Shown: positions 18,144 to 24,773 of the stretch, in pieces
How the letters are laid out: each line of letters begins with the position of its first letter
Position numbering within the stretch: position 1 is the stretch's first letter
Source of the DNA: Pseudodesulfovibrio piezophilus C1TLV30
GTDB taxonomy: Bacteria > Desulfobacterota > Desulfovibrionia > Desulfovibrionales > Desulfovibrionaceae
Length of the DNA stretch: 32,000 bases
Direction of reading: 5' to 3'
Assembly (NCBI RefSeq): GCF_000341895.1
Contig: NC_020409.1
Location: 2,340,001 to 2,372,000 of the forward strand
Translations under genes and position numbers: made by a program
Notes under the pieces: model-generated
The model's input: the letters and a program-made list of their open reading frames with translations, nothing else
Told to the model about the DNA's origin: nothing
Database searches by the model: none

Positions 18144-19102
18144 AACAAAGATTTTTCCAGTGAAGGGGGATGGGATCGCGTAATTGAATTGCTCTCGACT
18201 CAGCTTGCTTCAGGGAAGGGTGGTAATCTGATGGGGACTGACCACAATTGCAACTAATATTTCGTAATAATTGAATTAAAGCATGATAATACAGTGATGT
18301 TGATCAGGAAGATTGAGAGCTGTTTGGTATAAAATTGAAAGAGGACTGGGTGTCTTTATGTTCAATTGTGATCAAGACGTTGGGTTTGAGTAAGCAAGGG
18401 GAATAGTGGACTCTTTCCTGGATGGAATTGAGGTGTTTTTTGATTCGCTTGGTCAATAAAAAGATGCTTCGAATGTCGGTTCAGCCAAATATTCTGCTTC
18501 CCAAAATCGATTCCACCTGTGCCGAGAAGGTTCTTTGATGTAAAAGGGGACAGGCGACTGGATCAGTGGTTTTACCCATGAGTTCTTTTTCAAGGGGCCG
18601 AGTGCTCAGGGTGACTATTTTGACTTGTGACAGTGAGACACTCAAAAGCAGGCGATGAAGTTGGGTATTGCTTCTTCCAAGGTATGCTATTCTTCCGTAA
18701 GTTTTTTTAGGAACCATATCAGGGAAATTTTTTTGTAAGATTTCGCTGAAAATGTTGTGGATAGTTGCCTATTGCTGCTTTGCCTTTTTTTGTACTGTGG
18801 CAGGGAGAGCTCAATAAAGGTGCGTCCAGATACTTTTTTAAGATCATTTCATGAATTAGAGTATTTGAATTTGTTGAGTATTTTGAGATAGTGGCAGCCT
18901 GAAAAAGCGGAGTTGTTGGGATCAGTGTTTCTGAGAAAACCTGTTTTGCTGATATTGGGTGAGTGTTATGGATAAGAATACCATTTCCTTCTTTACTCCA
19001 GAAAGAGGTTTTCTTTTTCTGCTGATTTTTCGAGTGCAAACACGAGGCAGGTTTGAGGGTTGCTGACAGTTGCAGATAATAGAGACAGGCAGAGGTATGA
19101 AT

Positions 19103-19774
19103 ATGAGTGATACTGTCCGAGTGATCATAGCCAGGTACCAAGAGGATATCAGTTGGGCTGATGAACTTGGATATGCTTACACTGTGTATGACAAAAGCGA
19201 CACACCTATACAGGAATCCGTTTCTCTTGAAAACATTGGGCGTGAAAGCCATACCTATCTGGCGCATATTGTCAGGGAATATGACCGGCTAGCTCCGTTG
19301 AATGTCTTTGTGCAAGGGTGGCCGTTTGATCACATTGATGATCAGAAAAAAGGGTCGGTTGGTATGTTGCGGTCCATGATAGAAAGGTCTGTGGATCGCC
19401 ATATTCCGTTCAAAGGGTTTGCCTGGTTCAAGCTGAAGTGTGATCGCCTTGGGCGTCCCCATAATTTGGGGAATCCAGAGAATGAAGGGCGATGGGCCGG
19501 ATGGGGCAATGATATTCCACTCGGTGATATTTTCGAAAAATTGTTCGATGCCAAGTTTCCACGAAATCTGGTCGTTCGTGCTCCCGCCGGGCTGTTTGCC
19601 GTTACTGACGAGCGTATCAGGACGCGGCCTAAAGCCTTTTACGAATATGCATTGAGTCTGATTGAGGCTGATCCGACCGATAGAAAAAACACAGGGCATG
19701 CTTTTGAACGATTGTGGCAGCATATTTTCAATGGCAATACTGCCTGGAACAGGTCGAATTACGAGCACAGCTAA
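19103..19774 (+). CDS. DUF3431-like protein (function unknown)
   Basis: ORF 19070..19774 (TTG). I prefer the ATG at 19103, which is 7 nt after AGAGG. The motif pattern ARYQEDISW ... NIGRESHTYLAHIVREYD ... GLFAVTDERIRTRP ... GHAFERLWQHIFNG matches my memory of the DUF3431 family. Confidence 0.6.
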   Translation: MSDTVRVIIARYQEDISWADELGYAYTVYDKSDTPIQESVSLENIGRESHTYLAHIVREYDRLAPLNVFVQGWPFDHIDDQKKGSVGMLRSMIERSVDRHIPFKGFAWFKLKCDRLGRPHNLGNPENEGRWAGWGNDIPLGDIFEKLFDAKFPRNLVVRAPAGLFAVTDERIRTRPKAFYEYALSLIEADPTDRKNTGHAFERLWQHIFNGNTAWNRSNYEHS

Positions 19775-19830
19775 TACTCGGCCGCTATGAGAATAGACCC
19801 AATGGCATCTGCTTTCCGGAGGATATCCGC

Positions 19831-21054
19831 ATGTCACTTCCCCTGAATCTTCGTATTGCCGTCTCATCCCTGAAAGCCCATAAGTGGCGTGCTATTTTGG
19901 CGATGATGGGGGTGTTTCTCGGTGCCCTGGCTTTCACGGGGGTGCAACACGTCTCATCGATAATGGTTCGACAGGCCGAACTGGAGACCGAAAAACTCGG
20001 CCCGAATCTTTATGTGGTCATGGCCGGGACAATCCGCTTTCGCAGAAGCGGAAGTATCAGGGTGTCCGGTCATACCAGGACATTCACCATGGCCGATGCC
20101 AATGCGATCATCGGCGGAGTCCCTTCCGTGATGGAGGGTGCCCCCTATGTCTCCACCAATATGGAAATGCGTGGTGGCGGAAATGGGGTGACAGCCAAAA
20201 TTATGGCCACCATGCCCAATTATCAGAATATCAGGAGTTTTTACCCGGCATACGGACGATTTTTCAATACGGCTGACGTCGAGAATCGGGCCAAGGTCTG
20301 TGTGCTCGGGCAAAAAATAGCGGAAAGATTGTTTGGCGATGCCCAGAGCGCCATTGGGCAGACTGTGTACCTTTACAGAGCCAGTTTCCGTGTTTTGGGA
20401 GTCATGGAGACGAAAGGGAGGGATATTTCCGGTGAAGACCAGGATGAATATGCCTTTTTGCCGGTCACGACATTTATGCGTCGAGCAAGCAATCAGAATT
20501 GGATCAGCGGTGTTTTTCTCCGTCTTTCGAAAGATGCCGGGCTTGATCAGGTGGCGGCTTCAGCCCGTGCCATCATGCGTGACAGGCATCGTATCTCACA
20601 GGGGGAGGAAGACGATTTCAGCTCCATGTCTCCCCAGGATGCCATCAAACTGCAACGACAGGCCCTTGATCTTATGGTCACACTCGGCGGCATCACGTCG
20701 ACCATTTCCTTTGCCGTCGGTGGCATGGGCATTCTCTCCATCATGATTCTCGTGGTTCGCTCGCGCAGGGTAGAGATCGGTGTGCGCAGAGCTGTGGGGG
20801 GACGTCGTCGTGATATCATCGGACAGTTTCTTTTCGAATCGGGCCTGATGGCCTCTGTCGGAGGGGCTTTCGGTGTCATTATCACCATCATCCTCGTCAT
20901 CGTGGGGTGTTCTCTTGCCGACCTGCCAGTCATTATTGAACCTGGGAGTCTGTTAGTAACCCTCCTTGGTTCCTGTCTCCTCGGCATCGCCGCCGGGGCA
21001 TACCCCGCATGGCAAGCGGCCAATATTGAGATTCTTGATGTTTTGAAACATTAA
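19831..21054 (+). CDS. MacB/FtsX-family ABC transporter permease (no adjacent ATPase)
   Basis: ORF 19714..21054, trimmed to the ATG at 19831, 7 nt after GGAGGA. Layout is an N-terminal TM helix, a large extracytoplasmic domain, and C-terminal TM helices with the FtsX loop motif RRVEIGVRRAVGGRRRDI. Confidence 0.8.
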   Translation: MSLPLNLRIAVSSLKAHKWRAILAMMGVFLGALAFTGVQHVSSIMVRQAELETEKLGPNLYVVMAGTIRFRRSGSIRVSGHTRTFTMADANAIIGGVPSVMEGAPYVSTNMEMRGGGNGVTAKIMATMPNYQNIRSFYPAYGRFFNTADVENRAKVCVLGQKIAERLFGDAQSAIGQTVYLYRASFRVLGVMETKGRDISGEDQDEYAFLPVTTFMRRASNQNWISGVFLRLSKDAGLDQVAASARAIMRDRHRISQGEEDDFSSMSPQDAIKLQRQALDLMVTLGGITSTISFAVGGMGILSIMILVVRSRRVEIGVRRAVGGRRRDIIGQFLFESGLMASVGGAFGVIITIILVIVGCSLADLPVIIEPGSLLVTLLGSCLLGIAAGAYPAWQAANIEILDVLKH

Positions 21055-21301
21055 AAGAGGTATCCTGAGTCTTCTTTGAAGATATATAGCTGGCTATCAG
21101 CTAAGTATATAGTCGGCTGTTTTGTTCTGTATTCTTTTGTATTTCAGGGTATTAAAATAATAGACCCAGAAATGAATATTCGCGTATGGCAAGAAGTAGG
21201 AAGGGAGTTATCAAGGATGAAGTTCTGCCAAGTTCTCTATTGTGCAGTTGAATGACATGAGGGTACACTTAAGGTGAGGGTTAGAAAATAGAGGGAGACG
21301 G

Positions 21302-21898
21302 ATGACAAAGGATATGACGCCCAAAGCCATTCGGGAGGCAGTGATCAAGGCAGCCACCCAATGTTTTGCCGAAAAAGGCATCAAGCGAACCACCTATGCC
21401 CGGCTTGGTGAAGTTTCCGGTGTGGATCCGGTTGCCATCAAGGTTTTGTTTGGCAGCAAGGACCTTCTTGCCATGACCGTCCAGTCTCACGAACTTGAAA
21501 AATTGAAAAGTGATTATCTGACACACGTTCCAGATGCGCAGGCAGATGAAACCATCAAATTCATCATTTGCCATCGGCTTGAATTTTTGGCGCAAAACAG
21601 AGATCGGTCTGTCCTACTCATTAAAAATGCTCTCGCGGCCCGTCAGCCATGGGCGTCCATGCTTGACCATATTCTTTGGGAACTTTCCATCGAATTTGCG
21701 TCGATACTCGAAAAAGGCGTGCGTGAAGGCTCCCTCAGACGCGATTCAAATGTGACAACCGCTGTCCGGGCCATTACCAGTTTTTACATGACCGGCCTGG
21801 TCGTCATCGGCTTCAAGGCTGCCCAATTCGATCCGCAGGTCGTCTGGGAGTTTATCGAACCCCAGCTCAAGCTTGTGCTCGACAGTCTCAGGGCATAG
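21302..21898 (+). CDS. TetR/AcrR-family transcriptional regulator
   Basis: GAGGGAG Shine-Dalgarno. N-terminal HTH AATQCFAEKGIKRTTYARLGEVSGV. About 200 aa and all-helical in composition. TAG stop at 21896-21898. Confidence 0.85.
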   Translation: MTKDMTPKAIREAVIKAATQCFAEKGIKRTTYARLGEVSGVDPVAIKVLFGSKDLLAMTVQSHELEKLKSDYLTHVPDAQADETIKFIICHRLEFLAQNRDRSVLLIKNALAARQPWASMLDHILWELSIEFASILEKGVREGSLRRDSNVTTAVRAITSFYMTGLVVIGFKAAQFDPQVVWEFIEPQLKLVLDSLRA

Positions 21899-21903
21899 CT
21901 TTC

Positions 21904-22076
21904 ACATCACGGACATCACGGACATCACGGACATCACGGACATCACGGACATCACGGACATCACGGACATCACGGACATCACGGACATCACGGACATCAC
22001 GGACATCACGGACATCACGGACATCACGGACATCACGGACATCACGGACATCACGGACATCACGGACATCACGGAC
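21904..22076. repeat. Perfect tandem repeat, 19 x 9 bp (ACATCACGG) plus a 2-nt partial copy
   Basis: Counted directly: units run in phase from 21904 to 22074 with no mismatch. The array begins 5 nt after the tetR stop codon. Confidence 0.98.
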
Positions 22077-22380
22077 TATTCTGGCTATCTCTCATCATGA
22101 GAGGTGCCCTTTCCTGTGCTTGAGTAACTCATGCCTGGCAAAGGTGGCTTCTTCTCTTTGCAGTCCGAATGATGCAGTGCGAGAAACGAAAAAAATTGCG
22201 GAGCAAGGAGCGGAAAGACTCGGTCGGATCGAAGAGTCCCCACGAGAAAGTGTGCATAAAGGAAGGTTCTCTTCGCTTTTATTGATTGTTTTGCATTCTA
22301 GAGTAAGTTGAGAAAAATACTAAAAAATGCGTTTCCGGCTCATTTTAAAAGAGAATTATGCCGAGTTGGACTTGGGAAGA

Positions 22381-22406
22381 TAAAAAAAGCAGGAGAAAGA
22401 CCTGCT
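22381..22406 (-). terminator. Candidate intrinsic terminator of the DUF2087 gene
   Basis: AGCAGG (22388-22393) / CCTGCT (22401-22406) with an A-run at 22382-22388, which gives a U-tract on the minus-strand transcript. A stronger 9-bp GC stem (GGGGAGCCG 22457-22465 / CGGCTCCCC 22474-22482) lies just after the stop, but its U-tract is displaced. Confidence 0.4.
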
Positions 22407-22493
22407 TTTCTTGTAGCTCGTTTTAAGACCGTGGTGGTTTTTGGGGAAAAGGGTGGGGGGAGCCGATGGTCTGCGGCTCCCCGTGAAATGTTC

Positions 22494-23069
22494 TCAGGAG
22501 AGTTGGGAAGGCGTTCCAGGACCCCCACGACGCAGATGCTCGAATACAGCGACGGCTTCTTGGGGGGGGCGCTGCTCCCGGCGTCTGTATTGCCGCCCAT
22601 TTTCTGTCCTTTCAGCCATGTTTCTGTCCACAAGCTCCCGTCGAAGGAGTGCGTGGTCTCCGAACAGATGCCACTGATTCAGGAGAGTGTTGATTTCCGG
22701 TTCTGTCAGGACGGTTTTTGCTGGGATTCTCGACCATATTACCCAGAGGCAGAGGCAGCGGATGCTGTCTTTCTTGGGCCAGCGGATCAATCGATTTTCG
22801 GTATCGAAAAGTCGGGTTGTCTGCGTAATCCTTTTCGGACGGGGCGTCGTGTGAGTCTGCATCGGTTGTGAAGCCTTCTTCGGGCCAGGAGAGTCTGTTG
22901 TCTGCTGTGCCTTCAAGTGCTGAAAGTTGCGATATCCGCCAGCGTTGGCTATCAGGTTGAGCATTGTAACATGGCTGACAGGGGTCTCCTGCGCAGCTAA
23001 ACGGGTCCGTAAGGTCTTTGCGAATGCTGAAAAGTCGCTCACGAAAAAGGGAAGGGGAATTCTGGACAT
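22494..23069 (-). CDS. DUF2087 domain-containing protein
   Basis: ORF 22494..23237, trimmed to Met57 (ATG 23069, MSRIPLPFFVSDFSAFAKTLR...). The N-terminal part (...GYRNFQHLKAQ) and the C-terminal RWPKK......WV..RIP....TEPEIN.LL...H.FGDHALLRRELVD resemble my memory of DUF2087 proteins. Confidence 0.65.
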   Translation of the reverse strand: MSRIPLPFFVSDFSAFAKTLRTRLAAQETPVSHVTMLNLIANAGGYRNFQHLKAQQTTDSPGPKKASQPMQTHTTPRPKRITQTTRLFDTENRLIRWPKKDSIRCLCLWVIWSRIPAKTVLTEPEINTLLNQWHLFGDHALLRRELVDRNMAERTENGRQYRRREQRPPQEAVAVFEHLRRGGPGTPSQLS

Positions 23070-23350
23070 GCTTATCCTCGCTTTCGCGCCTACCATGCAG
23101 TATGGATTGCCGGTGGTCGCCGACTTCCGACCCGGCACGTGGATAAGGTGTCGTATCGTAGAAATGAGTGCAGGTTTAGCTCCCCTTGCGGGGCGGCGAC
23201 GCCTTGGTGAACTGCCGACCAGCTGCAATCTATACAAAATTGTTTTCTTCTCTGCAACACTCGGGAAAGTGCCATTTTTATCCGCGCTTGCGGGCTTTGA
23301 TTTGTCAGGCTAGTCTTCACTCTGAACCCTTCACCAAACAAGGAGCTGCC

Positions 23351-24145
23351 ATGCCCGTTGTTTCAACCGTAACACTGTTGGTCAAGAATCTCGAAAAATC
23401 AGTCAGGTTTTACGAAAAGAGCCTTGGCTATGTGTGGACTCGGGAGAACCTGCTTGTGGGCTTCTATGGGCAATCTCTGCGCCTACAGCAGGTGTCTGAC
23501 GGGCCGACAGGAGGCTGTATGGTCCTGCATGTGGACGTGCCGGACCTCGATGCTGCAGAAACGGCGTTCTTACAAAACGGGGGAGGGCGTAGCAAGTATT
23601 CTGGCGGGAAAACACCACTCTACGTCGGACTTGACGGTGAATTGATCATGCTCCGGCAGCGAGGGTTGCCCAAGGTTCCCGCTCTGAAATTGATCGTGTA
23701 TGACTTCGACGGTGTTTTGACTGATAACCGTGTTTTCGTGGATCAGGCAGGGGGAGAGAGTGTTGCTGCCAACAGGTCGGACGGATTGGGTATTTCCATG
23801 ATCCGAAAACTTGGCATCGAACAGACTCTTCTTTCGACCGAAACAAATCCCGTGGTGTCTGCCCGTGCCGCAAAACTTGATATTTCAGTCATGCAGGCCG
23901 TTACTGACAAGGCGGCAATGCTCACGAAAATGGTTGTTGCCAGAGAAATTGCCTTTGCATCCGTACTATTCATGGGCAATGATATCAACGATCTCGGAGC
24001 CATGACCTTGTGCGGCTTCAAGGTTGCTCCGGCAGACGCGCACCCTTCCGTATGTGCGCTTGCAGATTATGTGACAGAAGCCAGAGGCGGGCACGGGGCG
24101 GTCCGGGAATTGGCCGATGTCATCATGGCTGGTCGCCGTTTTTGA
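23351..24145 (+). CDS. Fusion protein: N-terminal VOC/glyoxalase-like domain + C-terminal KdsC-family HAD phosphatase
   Basis: AAGGAG Shine-Dalgarno directly upstream of the ATG at 23351; the listed ORF start at 23186 is an upstream extension. Residues 1-105 (VTLLVKNLEKSVRFYEKSLGY...) look VOC-like. Residues ~112-264 carry KdsC/YrbI motifs: LIVYDFDGVLTDNRV, NRSDGLGI, GNDINDL, VAPADAHP, YVTEARGGHGAVRE. Confidence 0.75.
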   Translation: MPVVSTVTLLVKNLEKSVRFYEKSLGYVWTRENLLVGFYGQSLRLQQVSDGPTGGCMVLHVDVPDLDAAETAFLQNGGGRSKYSGGKTPLYVGLDGELIMLRQRGLPKVPALKLIVYDFDGVLTDNRVFVDQAGGESVAANRSDGLGISMIRKLGIEQTLLSTETNPVVSARAAKLDISVMQAVTDKAAMLTKMVVAREIAFASVLFMGNDINDLGAMTLCGFKVAPADAHPSVCALADYVTEARGGHGAVRELADVIMAGRRF

Positions 24146-24500
24146 GCAGATGTCGCTTTGCTTGCAAGACGACTCTCCTCACCTTCTTCACATTTTTTCA
24201 AGCACCTGAGACCGTTCATGGGAAGGATCAAATGTCTTCTCACTTTGAAAAGTGAGAGGCTTTGGTTCGATGTGGTGAATATATGAATCGTCACCATATA
24301 ATTATGATGTATTTTAGTAAGTTAAGAGAATCATAAAGTTATCGATCTCTTTTTTTTGATAGTGGCTTGTTGTGGGTGAATAATAAAATCCTTTACTGAG
24401 CATAGCGCTAGGGCGTGGCTGGCTTAAATGTCGACACGCCCTAACTTTTCAGTAATTAGGAAGCTGTCCCCATAATTTCTAGAGAATGGAGCAAGCTCTT

Positions 24501-24773
24501 CTATTTAGATATCGAAAGTTTTATGAGTCCTTCCGCTTCAGCTTCTTTTAAAATATCTAATATTTTCTTATAATATTTAGGTATGGATTCTTCAACAATT
24601 GATGCATTTGTCCAGGAAATATACGTAGGAACATCTATCCATCCTGTTAAACAATCCCACAAAGCATCTAAATTCTCACCATAATAGTCGGGTAGATCTA
24701 GTTTTTTTTTCAATTCCCAGTGGAGCGATTGGATAGATCGCATTTTCTTGCCATTTAATTCAACGCTACTCAT
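24501..24773 (-). CDS. cdiI: Barstar-family RNase inhibitor; CDI immunity protein
   Basis: The 90-aa ORF aligns without gaps to Bacillus barstar as I recall it (NG..RSI..LH..LKK.L.LPDYYGENLDALWDCLTGW ... EAEAEG). About 32 of the first 54 residues are identical, including the equivalents of Tyr29, Asp35 and Asp39. Its ATG overlaps the cdiA stop as ATGA. Confidence 0.9.
   Translation of the reverse strand: MSSVELNGKKMRSIQSLHWELKKKLDLPDYYGENLDALWDCLTGWIDVPTYISWTNASIVEESIPKYYKKILDILKEAEAEGLIKLSISK

Noticed and set aside
18756-18764. DnaA-box-like 9-mer TGTGGATAG near the par genes' neighbourhood
   Set aside because: It is a single copy with one mismatch to TGTGGATAA. There is no cluster of boxes or adjacent AT-rich unwinding repeats, so nothing supports an origin.
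18481-19267. Two minus-strand ORFs (78 and 182 aa) in the AT-rich gap
   Set aside because: The composition is biased and there are no motifs. The larger ORF overlaps the start of the plus-strand DUF3431-like gene. I kept these only as a possible pseudogene remnant in the findings, not as genes.
20547-21023. 158-aa minus-strand ORF inside the permease gene, and 5559-6101 inside coaBC
   Set aside because: Both are antisense to genes with clear family motifs and have Arg/Pro/Ala-rich shadow-frame composition.
21904-22074. Possible CRISPR array
   Set aside because: The units are 9 bp and directly abutting with no spacers, and no cas genes are present. It is a simple tandem repeat.
21873-22100. 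75-aa ORF translating the 9-bp repeat as (ITD)n
   Set aside because: It starts inside the tetR 3' end in another frame with no Shine-Dalgarno. The frame is open only because the repeat unit has no stop codon on this strand. The tetR-frame (HHG)n reading is discussed as a finding instead.
22308-22871. 187-aa plus-strand ORF antisense to the DUF2087 gene
   Set aside because: The minus-strand frame carries the DUF2087-like motifs. The plus-strand translation is featureless and starts in an intergenic region.
23186-23350. Upstream 55-codon extension of the VOC-KdsC ORF
   Set aside because: A strong AAGGAG Shine-Dalgarno sits directly before the ATG at 23351. The extension also overlaps the divergent DUF2087 upstream region and has an odd Cys/Arg-rich composition.
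24146-24500. Search for orphan cdiA-CT/cdiI modules downstream of cdiI; hairpins at 24238-24257 and 24409-24443
   Set aside because: There is no ORF of meaningful length and no VENN-like fragment in any frame that I could see. The inverted repeats (TCTCACTT/AAGTGAGA and TAGGGCGTG/CACGCCCTA) lack canonical U-tracts. At most they are weak terminators for the convergent genes.
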